Shown one piece after another: positions 48,620 through 57,924 of a DNA stretch of 64,000 nt. The position numbers and the translations under genes are program-made. The first letter of the stretch is position 1. Each line of letters begins with the position of its first letter. Source of the stretch: Candidatus Omnitrophota bacterium (GTDB lineage: Bacteria > Omnitrophota > Gorgyraeia > Zapsychrales > Fredricksoniimonadaceae); NCBI GenBank assembly GCA_028870995.1, contig JAGWOI010000009.1, positions 7,085 to 71,084 on the forward strand, read 5' to 3'. Under the pieces are notes generated by a model. It did no database searches, was not told the origin of the DNA, and was given only the letters and a program-made list of their open reading frames with translations.

Positions 48620-49729
48620 TCAAAAATTCCTGAAGATAATAAAGAGGCCCGTGAGGGAAAAGAGGATGGGGGTGAGCCATGCGCCTTCCCACGGCAGCAG
48701 GGCTTCGCCTTTGGCCAGGGCCAGCCCCACGGCATCGGACACGTAGTAAAGAAAACCGATGACGAGCGCTATGGCGATGGACGTGAAGGTCATGGCCTTG
48801 CGTTTGCCCACGGACATGAGGGCGAACGGCAGGCCGACCAGGATGATGACGAAATTGCGCAAGGGGAAGGTGATCTTCTGGTGCATGTCCACCCGCAGGT
48901 CATTGATGGTTTTGATGGCCCCGCTGCCGGAAAAGCGTTTGATGTAGCTGCGCAGTTGGCTCAAGTTCATGGATGAAAGGTCCATGCGTTGCCTCAAAAA
49001 GTCCTTGGGGCTTTCCGGGATGTCCATCAATTTTTCCGAGTACATATGCACGCCGGTGACGGCGTTGGCAATACGGCTGCTGTAGGTGGTTATCTGGCAA
49101 TTGTAAAATTTCCAGGCAATGCCGGTCCAGACGCCCTTGAAGGCCACGATCTTCTCGACCGGGTTTTGGTTATGGTCATGCCCGATGATGGTGATCCCGC
49201 TTAGGTTGTAGTTGTTGGGATCAAAGGTGTCGATGAAGAACAGGCGGTTTTTAAGGCCGTAGAAGGTCAGGTTATGGATGACCGGCACGCCTTTGCCTTT
49301 TTGGCCGATCGTGACCTTGATCTGGGTGTCCCGTATCTGCTGGTTGATCATCGAGGATTGCGGCACGTATTTTTCGTTGACCAGGAAAACCAGGGCCGAA
49401 ATAAACAGGGCGAAGACCAGCGCCGGACGGGCGATCTGCCAGAAATTCATGCCGGAGGCGCGGATGGCAATGATCTCGTTATGGGCATTAAGGTTGCTGT
49501 AGGTAAACAGGACCGCGATCAGGGTGGCCATGGTCGAGGTCTGCACGATGATGGAAGGCAGGAAGGTCATGTAATACTGCGCGATCACCTTGATGCCGAC
49601 GCTTTTTTCGATGAAGTCCTGAAGGTTGGTGAACATGTCAATCAGAATGAACAGGAAGGCAAAGGTAAACACCGTGCCCAGGAAGATGACGAAAATGGAT
49701 TTTAAGATATAGCGGTCTAAAATGCGCAT
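48620..49729 (-). CDS. lptG: LPS export permease, LptF/LptG (YjgP/YjgQ) family
   Basis: MRILDRYILKSIFVIFLGTVFTFAFLFILIDMF...EIIAIRASGMNFWQIARP, 369 aa, 6 TM segments. The F-versus-G assignment is arbitrary. Confidence 0.85.
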   Translation of the reverse strand: MRILDRYILKSIFVIFLGTVFTFAFLFILIDMFTNLQDFIEKSVGIKVIAQYYMTFLPSIIVQTSTMATLIAVLFTYSNLNAHNEIIAIRASGMNFWQIARPALVFALFISALVFLVNEKYVPQSSMINQQIRDTQIKVTIGQKGKGVPVIHNLTFYGLKNRLFFIDTFDPNNYNLSGITIIGHDHNQNPVEKIVAFKGVWTGIAWKFYNCQITTYSSRIANAVTGVHMYSEKLMDIPESPKDFLRQRMDLSSMNLSQLRSYIKRFSGSGAIKTINDLRVDMHQKITFPLRNFVIILVGLPFALMSVGKRKAMTFTSIAIALVIGFLYYVSDAVGLALAKGEALLPWEGAWLTPILFSLTGLFIIFRNF

Positions 49730-49736
49730 CGGTTTC

Positions 49737-50825
49737 CTAATGCAGGCAAAGCTTCCAGTTTAAGAAAATAGCCACGGCAAGGGCAATGATATCCGGTACC
49801 CACATTAAAAATACCGGATTAAACACATTTTGGGTAGCCATGCCCTGACAGGCCAGGGATATAATGTAATAGGGGGCGGCAAACAACAGGGCGTATAAAA
49901 GGTTGGCGGATTTGGCCCGGCGGTGCGTGATGGCGGCAAAAGGGAAACCCAGCAGGATAAACAAGAGCGGGGACAAAGACCAGGCCAGCCGGCGCTGGTA
50001 TTCGGCCACCAGCGGCGATGGATCGATGGACATCTTGCGCAGGGATACGATCCGCTGGTGCAATTCCTTTAACGTCATTTCCTTGGATTTTTTCTGCCCC
50101 TGGGCCTTTTTCTTGGAAAGGTCCATGGTGATAAAGGAGGTTTGGAAATTGAGTTTGTAAAAATTGTTGGGGTTTTGCAAATCCGGCTCATCCGAAGTGC
50201 CGTCGATGAGCTTGAGCATGATCTGGTCCTTGCCGGGTACGTGGACGAACTCTCCCTGCTGGGCAATGATGGTGCGGGTGGGCTTGTTGGGCTGAGGCTG
50301 ATAGATCCTCACCCCGTAAAGCATATCGCCTTCCATGCGGTAAATAAAAACGATATATTTATCAAAAGCGTTGATAAAGCTGCCCGGCTCCAGCATGGCG
50401 GAAGGGTCCTGGCTGCCGGTCTCCTGCAGAATACGCTTTTGGGCGACATAAGCATTAGGGATGACGCGGTCGTTGAGGATGAAAACCAGCAGGCACAGGG
50501 CCATGCCGACCACGATCAGGGGCACGAGCAGCCGCATTAAATGGATGCCGGAAGCGCGCATGGCCAGGATTTCGTTTTCAGAGGACATATGGCCGAAGGT
50601 CAGGATGACCGTGATCAGGCAGGCAATAGGCAGGGTGTAGCCCAAGAGGATCGGTACGTAATAGAGAAAGATCTGGCTCATGGCCGACAGGGACACGCCG
50701 TTATTGATGACCTTGTTGGCCAGCTGCGGCAGATAGCCCAAAAGAAAGACGCTGGTCAGGACGCTGATGGACAGCGAGAAGGGCTGCAGGCATTCTTTTA
50801 AGATGTAATTTCTCAGGATACGCAT
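49737..50825 (-). CDS. lptF: LPS export permease, LptF/LptG (YjgP/YjgQ) family
   Basis: MRILRNYILKECLQPFSLSISVLTSVFLLGYL...EILAMRASGIHLMRLLVP. Confidence 0.85.
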   Translation of the reverse strand: MRILRNYILKECLQPFSLSISVLTSVFLLGYLPQLANKVINNGVSLSAMSQIFLYYVPILLGYTLPIACLITVILTFGHMSSENEILAMRASGIHLMRLLVPLIVVGMALCLLVFILNDRVIPNAYVAQKRILQETGSQDPSAMLEPGSFINAFDKYIVFIYRMEGDMLYGVRIYQPQPNKPTRTIIAQQGEFVHVPGKDQIMLKLIDGTSDEPDLQNPNNFYKLNFQTSFITMDLSKKKAQGQKKSKEMTLKELHQRIVSLRKMSIDPSPLVAEYQRRLAWSLSPLLFILLGFPFAAITHRRAKSANLLYALLFAAPYYIISLACQGMATQNVFNPVFLMWVPDIIALAVAIFLNWKLCLH

Positions 50826-50828
50826 AGG

Positions 50829-51512
50829 TCAAACCGTGATGCTGAATGTCAAGGCGGCCACCCTGCCTGCCCCCGCGTCCTTCAAGGTTTGGGCGGCGGC
50901 ATTGAGTGTTGCGCCCGTGGTGAACAGGTCATCAACCAGGACAATATTTTTACCTGCCAGGTCCGTCGAAGTTTTCATTCTAAAAGCGCCTTCCATATTT
51001 GTCCAGCGTTGTTTTGCCCCTAATTCCGTCTGGGTGTGGGTCATTTTTCGGCGCGCCAGTAGGGTTTGCGTATGGGCGATCCCGTAATGCCGGCTTAGGC
51101 CCAAGCTTAGAAGAAGGGACTGATTGTAACCCCTTTCCCTTAATCGGGCCGGATGCAGGGGGATGGGAGTGATCAAATCAAATTCGTTGAAGGGCAGGCG
51201 GTGGCGGTCGATAAAATCGATCATCAGGGCAACGAAGGTCTTGCTGAGGGACGTCTTAGCGTTGTATTTAAAGGCATGCAGCAGCTTTTTGGCGGTGTCA
51301 TTATACAGGCAGGCTGACCAGGCCTGGTCAAAAGCAAAACCAACGGCTGTTGAGGCGGTCTTTGGGTTGAATTCCAGGCACTCCAGGCAATCGGGGCACA
51401 GCTGCCGTTGGTGGCGGCTGTTGAGGAAGCGCCGGCACAACAGGCAATTATCGGGGAAAAAAATCCCGCAAGCTGCCCGTAAAAAGGCTTGAAGCATGAC
51501 GTATGTTACCAT
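50829..51512 (-). CDS. comF: ComF-family protein (zinc finger plus phosphoribosyltransferase domain)
   Basis: CLLCRRF...CPDC, and NIVLVDDLFTTGATLNAAAQTLKDAGAGRV (PRT motif). Confidence 0.85.
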   Translation of the reverse strand: MVTYVMLQAFLRAACGIFFPDNCLLCRRFLNSRHQRQLCPDCLECLEFNPKTASTAVGFAFDQAWSACLYNDTAKKLLHAFKYNAKTSLSKTFVALMIDFIDRHRLPFNEFDLITPIPLHPARLRERGYNQSLLLSLGLSRHYGIAHTQTLLARRKMTHTQTELGAKQRWTNMEGAFRMKTSTDLAGKNIVLVDDLFTTGATLNAAAQTLKDAGAGRVAALTFSITV

Positions 51513-51550
51513 ATAATTGACTGATTCATAAGATTTTAAATGACCAGGGA

Positions 51551-51853
51551 GTGCCTATGTTTAAAAGGTTTGCTTTAGCCATGATGTTGGTTTTGAGTTT
51601 GACTTCGTTTGTGAGGGCCGATTTCCCTTCAGATGTGACCATCCTGGACAAGCCAGCTATTACCAAACTGACCGACGACCAGCTTATTGATGCCTACGAA
51701 AACACCGTGGTCGAGCTTGATGCCAGCAAGCTGTTTCACACAACCTCCGGTTTCAGCCCCAAGGAGTACAAAGACTACAAGGCCTTGCTTAAGTACAGGC
51801 TCCAATTATTGGTCGAGATCCATAACCGCAACCTGGAAATTCCCCAATTCTAA
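51551..51853 (+). CDS. Hypothetical secreted protein (100 aa, signal peptide)
   Basis: MPMFKRFALAMMLVLSLTSFVRADF... I recognise no family. Confidence 0.5.
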   Translation: MPMFKRFALAMMLVLSLTSFVRADFPSDVTILDKPAITKLTDDQLIDAYENTVVELDASKLFHTTSGFSPKEYKDYKALLKYRLQLLVEIHNRNLEIPQF

Positions 51854-51855
51854 TT

Positions 51856-52413
51856 ATGCCGGCCTCTATTGATACGGAACGTGCCGAATTATTCCGCTTG
51901 CTTAAGAGCCAGGCTTTCTTCCGCGGGAAGTTCACCCTCTCTTCGGGCAAAGAGAGCGATTTCTACCTCGATGCCAGGCTGGTGACCTTATCGGCGCCCG
52001 GCGCCTATTTGACCGCCCGCCTCATGCTGGACATGATCAAAGACGATCAGTTGGATGCGATCGGCGGCCCCACCCTGGGCGCTGACCCCATGGTCGGCGC
52101 GGTGGCTTCCTTAAGCCATCAGCAGGGACGCCCCTTAAACACCTTTATCATCCGAAAGCAGCCCAAGGCCCACGGCAAGCAGCAGCAGGTCGAAGGTCCG
52201 TTGCTTAAAGAGGGCGGCAGTGTGGTGATCATCGACGACGTGGCCACGACGGGAAAAGCTTTCGTGGAGTCCATCGAAGTGCTGCAGAAGATGAATATCA
52301 AGATCAAGAAGGCCATTTGCGTCATCGACCGCGGCGAGGGCGCCCGTGAAGCCCTGGCCAAATATCAGGTGCCTTTAGAGTCCATTTTTACCATCTCAGA
52401 ATTTCTTGCATGA
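51856..52413 (+). CDS. pyrE: Orotate phosphoribosyltransferase
   Basis: FTLSSGKESDFYLDARL...VVIIDDVATTGKAF. Confidence 0.92.
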   Translation: MPASIDTERAELFRLLKSQAFFRGKFTLSSGKESDFYLDARLVTLSAPGAYLTARLMLDMIKDDQLDAIGGPTLGADPMVGAVASLSHQQGRPLNTFIIRKQPKAHGKQQQVEGPLLKEGGSVVIIDDVATTGKAFVESIEVLQKMNIKIKKAICVIDRGEGAREALAKYQVPLESIFTISEFLA

Positions 52414-52988
52414 AACGGATCATCCTGGCTTCGCAAAGCCCCCAGCGCCGGAAACTCATGAAGATACTTGGGATTCCTTTCGAGGTGCGTCCTGCCCGTG
52501 TGGAGGAGGTTTCCCGCATGACTAAGGGCTGCGCGCACCTGGTGAAGGTTAACGCCCTGCTCAAGGCCCGTGAGGTGGCCGGGCATTACGGCGACGGCCT
52601 TGTCATCGGCACCGATACCGTGGTTTATTTATCCAAAGGACGGATCGTCCTCAAGCCCAAAGACCTCAAGGAAGCCAAAAAGAACCTCAAGGAATTGATG
52701 GCCAGGCCGCATTGGGTCTATTCAGGCGTGGCGGTCATTGATGCCGCCACCGGCCGCGAAGAGGTGGGGGTTGAAAGAACCAAGGTGTTCATGACAGGGC
52801 TTTCGGACAAGCAGATCGACCGCTATCACCGCATGGTTTCCCCCCTGGACAAGGCCGGCGGTTTTGATATCGAAGGCAGGGGCGCCCTTTTTATTCCGCG
52901 AATTGAGGGGTGTTATTTTAATGTGGTGGGCCTGCCGTTGGCGAAATTGGTTGTCATGTTGAAGAAGTTTGGAGTGTCGGTATTATGA
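52410..52988 (+). CDS. maf: Maf-like nucleoside-triphosphate pyrophosphatase
   Basis: ILASQSPQRRKLMKILGIPFEV...GTDTVV. Confidence 0.9.
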   Translation: MKRIILASQSPQRRKLMKILGIPFEVRPARVEEVSRMTKGCAHLVKVNALLKAREVAGHYGDGLVIGTDTVVYLSKGRIVLKPKDLKEAKKNLKELMARPHWVYSGVAVIDAATGREEVGVERTKVFMTGLSDKQIDRYHRMVSPLDKAGGFDIEGRGALFIPRIEGCYFNVVGLPLAKLVVMLKKFGVSVL

Positions 52989-53419
52989 GGCAAGGGCTTT
53001 GTTTTTTATTCCTTTTCTTAAGTTGCGCCTGTGTTCAGGCGGCGCAGCCCCAAGTCTGTCATGACCATGATTGCGTCTCCGTCGAGGTTGTTTCCAAACA
53101 GGTGGACATGGAACGGGGACTGATGTACCGCACCGGCCTGGCGCCCAAGGCGGGCATGCTTTTTATTTTTGCCTCCGAGGGCCGGCAGTCCTTTTGGATG
53201 CAGAACATGCGTTTCAATCTGGATATTCTATGGATCGACTCCCGGAGGCGCATCGTTTATATCGGCCGCGGAATTCCCGCCTGCCGTACGGATTCCTGCC
53301 CCGTTTATACGCCGGATGAGCCGGCCCGCTATGTCTTGGAAGTCAACAGCGGTTTTAGCGATGCCCATCACTGGAAAGAGGGGGATAAACTCATCTTTAA
53401 TGATATTTTAAAAAAATAA
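52985..53419 (+). CDS. DUF192-family secreted protein
   Basis: Signal peptide, then GMLFIFASEGRQSFWMQNMRFNLDILWIDSRRRIV. Confidence 0.7.
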   Translation: MRQGLCFLFLFLSCACVQAAQPQVCHDHDCVSVEVVSKQVDMERGLMYRTGLAPKAGMLFIFASEGRQSFWMQNMRFNLDILWIDSRRRIVYIGRGIPACRTDSCPVYTPDEPARYVLEVNSGFSDAHHWKEGDKLIFNDILKK

Positions 53420-53456
53420 ACTGGTTTTTTCCGCTTTACTATTTAAAATAAAAACA

Positions 53457-54335
53457 ATGCATCCCGTTTTTGCCATCATCGACATTCTTCTTCTTTTTAC
53501 CTTATGTTGGTTCTTCCTGCAAAATATCCGGCTCAACCGCGAACTTAAAGAGAAAAACAGGGAATTGGAAGCTGCCATCAAGGAGCTTAAGGATGCCCAG
53601 GTCAAATTGATGGACAGCGGCAAGAAAGGCGCCGTCGCCGCCCTTAGCGCCGGTCTTTTGCATCAGATCAGTCAGCCCATCACTGCCATTCATGGGTTTT
53701 TGCGCTTCATGAAAAAGGAAATGGACATCAATTCCCCTTTTTACAAGCCGGTCTGCGTCATGGATGAGCAGTCTTTTTATATCAAGGACATGCTGGCCAA
53801 TTTGATGGAGCTGATCCGCCACCGTAAGATCCAGAAAGCGCCGATCAACATCAATACGGTGATCCATCGCGCCATGAATTTGCTTTTGGACGAACTGCGT
53901 ATCCGCCGTGTCGGTTGGGACATGCAGTTGGAAGAGAAGATACCCATGGTTTACGGGGATGCCCTGCATTTGCAGCAGGTCTTCATGAACCTTGTGGTCA
54001 ATGCCATGGAAGCTTTGAGCGAATTGCCTCACGGGCAGGCGCGCGCCCTAATCGTCGCTTCCGCCTACGGGGCCGCCCGCCAGGAAGCGGTCATTACCTT
54101 CAAGGACAACGGCCCGGGCATCGACAGCCAGCACCAATCCAAGATTTTCGATCCATTCTTCTCAACCAAGACGCAGGGGTCGGGCATAGGATTGGCCCTG
54201 TGCCACGATCTGATCAACGAGCACGGCGGCCATATCAGCGTCCAGAGCGGCAAGGAGGGGACCATCTTTACGGTGACATTGCCATGCATGAGGTCCGGCA
54301 AAATCCAACAGGCCGATCTTGCTACTAATAATTAA
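53457..54335 (+). CDS. Sensor histidine kinase (one N-terminal TM helix, HisKA plus HATPase_c). The last 8 codons are contributed by the 85-bp repeat
   Basis: H-box AALSAGLLHQISQPITAIHGF, N-box LQQVFMNLVVNAMEA, G-boxes DNGPGI and GSGIGLAL. Confidence 0.85.
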   Translation: MHPVFAIIDILLLFTLCWFFLQNIRLNRELKEKNRELEAAIKELKDAQVKLMDSGKKGAVAALSAGLLHQISQPITAIHGFLRFMKKEMDINSPFYKPVCVMDEQSFYIKDMLANLMELIRHRKIQKAPININTVIHRAMNLLLDELRIRRVGWDMQLEEKIPMVYGDALHLQQVFMNLVVNAMEALSELPHGQARALIVASAYGAARQEAVITFKDNGPGIDSQHQSKIFDPFFSTKTQGSGIGLALCHDLINEHGGHISVQSGKEGTIFTVTLPCMRSGKIQQADLATNN

Positions 54336-54394
54336 GGAAATCGGCACCTTGAATCAGTGGAAAAGCTAGTGGAATTTATGGAGGGAGGCTGGAC
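54310..54394. repeat. Copy 3 of the ~85-bp intergenic hairpin + ribosome-binding-site repeat (overlaps the histidine-kinase 3' end and supplies the response-regulator ribosome-binding site)
   Basis: AGGCCGATCTTGCTACTAATAATTAAGGAAATCGGCACCTTGAATCAGTGGAAAAGCTAGTGGAATTTATGGAGGGAGG. Confidence 0.85.
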
Positions 54395-54766
54395 ATGAAA
54401 CATCTTAATATTTTGGTGGTGGATGATAAAAAAGTGATCGGGGATTTTTTTGACCTGACCATGGGCTATTACGGCCATCATATTACCGTGGCCCGTGATC
54501 TGGACCATACCCTGCAGGCCCTCGAGGCTGAAAAATTTGATATTGCCTTTATGGACATGATGATGCCGGACAACGACGGGGTGAAGGTCCTTCAAGAAGT
54601 CAAACAGCGCGTGCCCGCCTTGCCCGTGGTGATGATGAGCGGTTACAGCCTGGAAGAAAAGATCCTGCAGGCCGGCCGGCTGGGGGCGGTGAATTGTTTG
54701 AAGAAACCTTTTGAAGTCGACGATATACGCCGGGCGGTGTATGAGGCTATCGGCCAGGAAATTTGA
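54395..54766 (+). CDS. Single-domain response regulator (CheY-like receiver)
   Basis: ILVVDDKKVI...FDIAFMDMMMPDNDGVKVLQEVK...KPF. Confidence 0.88.
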   Translation: MKHLNILVVDDKKVIGDFFDLTMGYYGHHITVARDLDHTLQALEAEKFDIAFMDMMMPDNDGVKVLQEVKQRVPALPVVMMSGYSLEEKILQAGRLGAVNCLKKPFEVDDIRRAVYEAIGQEI

Positions 54767-54785
54767 CCTTTCCTTATCCTTCCTC

Positions 54786-56216
54786 ATGCTAAAGAAAGTT
54801 GCCCTTATCCTCATTGTCTTGGCGGTATTGGTATTTAACGCGCTAAGGTTCTGGAAGCTCGACACCATCCCTTATGGATATCATGTGGATGAGACGGGTT
54901 CAGCGGACACCGTGCAGTGCATGGCCCAAATAGGCTGCGATGCCGAGCTTACTCATTGGCCGTTGTTCGCTTTTATGCAATACGGTCAGGACAAGCCGCC
55001 CACCTATATTTATCCGGCGATCATCTGGGCGAAGGTATTCGGGACAACGGTGGCGAGCCTAAGGGCCTACAGTGTTTTTGGGCTGTTGGTCGGTATTATC
55101 GGGTTGTTTTTTCTGGCCAGGCTGCTTTGGGGCTCATCCGCGGCTCTGGTTGTTGTCTTGGCTGCCACCTGTTCCCCGTGGGCATGGGTGGTGACGCGGG
55201 TGGCCTTGGAATCTTTTTTTGCGCCTGTCTTTGCTATTTTGGGGTTGTATTTCTTTTGGCGTTCAAGGCGGAGCTTCGATTGGGGCATCGCCGCTTTTCT
55301 TTTTGCCTGCGCCATGTATTCTTACCCGCCGGCCCGCATGCAAGTGCCGCTGATGATCCTAACCCTGTCCGTATATCATTGGAAACAGCGTCCGGTCCAA
55401 TGGCGGCCCTACCTTAGCTTCGGCATGGTCTTTGTCCTGTCCCTGATACCCATGCTGCCTCAGTACCTGAACGGCACGCTGGCCCGCCGTTTTAATCTGA
55501 TCAGCATCGCCAACCAGGATTACCTGCATTCCATAGGTGCCACGGGAACTCCCTGGGACCTTGTATGCATTTTTATTCATAATTACTTCCTGCATTTAAG
55601 CCCTGATTTTCTTTTTTTTACCGGCGATCCTTCCTATGTCCATTCCACCCGGCATTTGGGGACATTGAGCTGGTTTGATACGGGAGCGCTGGTCATTTTT
55701 TTGGTGTTTCTGGTCCTGATTTTCCTGCGGCGTACCTGGGGGGACAATCCTGTGATCAGGCACCGGCGGATGCTTATATTTTTAGCCGTTAATTTTTTTA
55801 TCGGCATTATCCCTTCGGCCCTGACCAATCAGGAGCTGCCGCATGCCTTGCGCATCTGCGGTTCCTGGCCGTTTGCCATGTTGTTCTCCGGGCTTATGTG
55901 GTACTCGGCGGCGGAATGCCTGAAGGCCCTATGGCCTCTCCTGGCCCTTGTGGGAATTTTGTCCGGAGGGGTATTGGTCTGGCAGTATTTTACGGTTTAC
56001 CCGCAGGAGAGCAAGGGCATGTTCGATTACTGGCTTAAGGACGCCGCCGATAGCCTGAAAACTCAGCAAGACTGGCAGAAGTTCCTGCTGGTCTTTCACC
56101 GCCGCAACTACCAATGCATGTACTTCATGGAACACCGGTTAGGCATGACCTGCAAACAGGCGCACGACGTCTGGTGGCAGCTTTTGCGCGAACTCCAAGC
56201 CCGCGGGCAATGGTAA
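54786..56216 (+). CDS. GT39/GT83-like integral membrane glycosyltransferase (ArnT/PMT fold)
   Basis: About 12 TM segments. N-terminal periplasmic-loop region YHVDETGSAD and the general ArnT/PMT_2 architecture. Start is at the ATG at 54786. Confidence 0.65.
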   Translation: MLKKVALILIVLAVLVFNALRFWKLDTIPYGYHVDETGSADTVQCMAQIGCDAELTHWPLFAFMQYGQDKPPTYIYPAIIWAKVFGTTVASLRAYSVFGLLVGIIGLFFLARLLWGSSAALVVVLAATCSPWAWVVTRVALESFFAPVFAILGLYFFWRSRRSFDWGIAAFLFACAMYSYPPARMQVPLMILTLSVYHWKQRPVQWRPYLSFGMVFVLSLIPMLPQYLNGTLARRFNLISIANQDYLHSIGATGTPWDLVCIFIHNYFLHLSPDFLFFTGDPSYVHSTRHLGTLSWFDTGALVIFLVFLVLIFLRRTWGDNPVIRHRRMLIFLAVNFFIGIIPSALTNQELPHALRICGSWPFAMLFSGLMWYSAAECLKALWPLLALVGILSGGVLVWQYFTVYPQESKGMFDYWLKDAADSLKTQQDWQKFLLVFHRRNYQCMYFMEHRLGMTCKQAHDVWWQLLRELQARGQW

Positions 56217-56221
56217 GCAAT

Positions 56222-56441
56222 GAAACAGGATAAATTTATTGTTTCTTGCTCCTGCCCGATTTTTTAACGCCGACGATCCTCGCTCACTTGGTGACTAAAC
56301 AACTCGCCTTGAATTTCTCTGGAAATTCAAGGCTCAAACATGTTTGGTCAGCCCTCGGCTTTCGCCTCGGGCTTCCCTCGTTCGCTCGGCTGCGTCGGCT
56401 AAAATCGGAAGTCGCTTCGAAACAACAAATTTATCCTGTTT
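56222..56441. repeat. 220-bp compound palindromic element between the convergent GT39-like gene and lpdA
   Basis: Outer inverted repeat AAACAGGATAAATTTATTGTTTC / GAAACAACAAATTTATCCTGTTT. Inner pairing CCGATTTT..GCCGACG / CGTCGGC..AAAATCGG. Central perfect hairpin GCCTTGAATTTC-TCTG-GAAATTCAAGGC, plus the 12-bp palindrome CAAACATGTTTG. Confidence 0.7.
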
Positions 56442-56511
56442 TTTCCACGCGTTAAAGACTATAGGTTTCCGAAATAGATATAGCGAGACTTCCAAAGGCG
56501 AGCTGTATTAC

Positions 56512-57924
56512 TTATTTTCTAGGCTTAAAGATATCGGTGCTGGTGCCGAAGAATATCTCGGCGGCGCCCATGCTGGTTTCCGACAGGGTGGGATGCGGAT
56601 GGATGGTCATTTCCAGGTCTTTGGCCAGGGCCCCCATTTCGATGGCCAAAACCCCTTCAGCGATCATTTCGCCGGCATGAACACCGGCAATACCGACCCC
56701 CAGCACGCGCTGGGTCTTGGTATCGATGATGAGCTTGGTCAAACCGTCCTGGCGGTCCAGGGTAAGCGCGCGGCCTGAGGCGCCCCAGGGGAATTTGGCC
56801 ACGGTCACGTCAAGCCCGGCCTTGGCGGCATCGAGCTCGGTCAGACCGCACCAGGCGATTTCCGGGTCGGTAAACACGACCGCAGGGATGGCCTGGGGGC
56901 CGAAAGCGACCTTGTGCCCGGCGATGGCTTCCGCGGCGACACGGCCTTCATGGGTGGCTTTATGGGCCAGCATCGGGTCCCCGGCGATGTCGCCGATGGC
57001 ATAAATGTTGGGGTCGGTCGTCCGTCGCTGGTCATCGACTTCCACAAAACCGCGGGGGGTGAGTTTTACCTTGGTGTTTTCCAGCCCCAGGTTTTCCGAG
57101 TTGGGCCTGCGGCCGATGGACACCAGGACCTTGTTGTAATTCTCCTTGAATTCCTTGCCTTCCTTGTCCGTGAAGGTCACGGCAACGCCGTCGGCAACAG
57201 CTTCCATTTTGGCAACCTTGGTCTCAAGCATGACCTTGGTAAACAAATTTTTCACGCGTTTATTCAAGACATCCGCCAAATCGCGGTCAGCACCGGGCAA
57301 TAGGCCCGACATCATTTCCACCACCGAAACCTTGGAGCCCAATTCGCGGTAGGCGGTGCCCAATTCCATGCCGATATAGCCGCCGCCCACGACCAGGAGA
57401 TTTTCGGGAATGGTTTCCAGATTCAGGGCCGCGGTGGAATCCCAAATGTGGGGGGACTGCGGGATGCCGGGGATCATGGACGGCCGGGAACCGGTGGCCA
57501 GGATCGCTTTTTCAAACGTGAGTTCTTCCTGGCTGCCGTCGGCTTTTTTGATCTTAAGGGTATTGGAATTTAAAAAGGAGGCTTCGCCCTGGAAATATTT
57601 GATCTTGCGGGCGCGGGCCAGGGCGCCCAGGCCGCCGGTGAGCTTGGCCACCACACTTTTTTTCCAATCGCGCAGTTTATCGATATCAATATGCGGCGTG
57701 TTGTATTCGATGCCGAAGTTTTTGGCGTGCCTGGCCTCGGAGATGATCTTGGCCGCATGCAGGAAAGCTTTGGAAGGAATGCAGCCCCGGTACAGGCAGA
57801 CGCCGCCCGGGTTGGCTTCTTTCTCGACAATGGCGACCTGCATCCCTAAGTCTGCGGCCAAAAAAGCAGCGGCATAACCGCCTGGGCCGGCGCCGATCAC
57901 GACGACTTGAACGGAAGAGCTCAT
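56512..57924 (-). CDS. lpdA: Dihydrolipoyl dehydrogenase (E3)
   Basis: VVIGAGPGGYAAAF...GGVCLYRGCIPSKA (redox-active disulfide), FAD/NAD folds, 470 aa. Confidence 0.95.
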   Translation of the reverse strand: MSSSVQVVVIGAGPGGYAAAFLAADLGMQVAIVEKEANPGGVCLYRGCIPSKAFLHAAKIISEARHAKNFGIEYNTPHIDIDKLRDWKKSVVAKLTGGLGALARARKIKYFQGEASFLNSNTLKIKKADGSQEELTFEKAILATGSRPSMIPGIPQSPHIWDSTAALNLETIPENLLVVGGGYIGMELGTAYRELGSKVSVVEMMSGLLPGADRDLADVLNKRVKNLFTKVMLETKVAKMEAVADGVAVTFTDKEGKEFKENYNKVLVSIGRRPNSENLGLENTKVKLTPRGFVEVDDQRRTTDPNIYAIGDIAGDPMLAHKATHEGRVAAEAIAGHKVAFGPQAIPAVVFTDPEIAWCGLTELDAAKAGLDVTVAKFPWGASGRALTLDRQDGLTKLIIDTKTQRVLGVGIAGVHAGEMIAEGVLAIEMGALAKDLEMTIHPHPTLSETSMGAAEIFFGTSTDIFKPRK

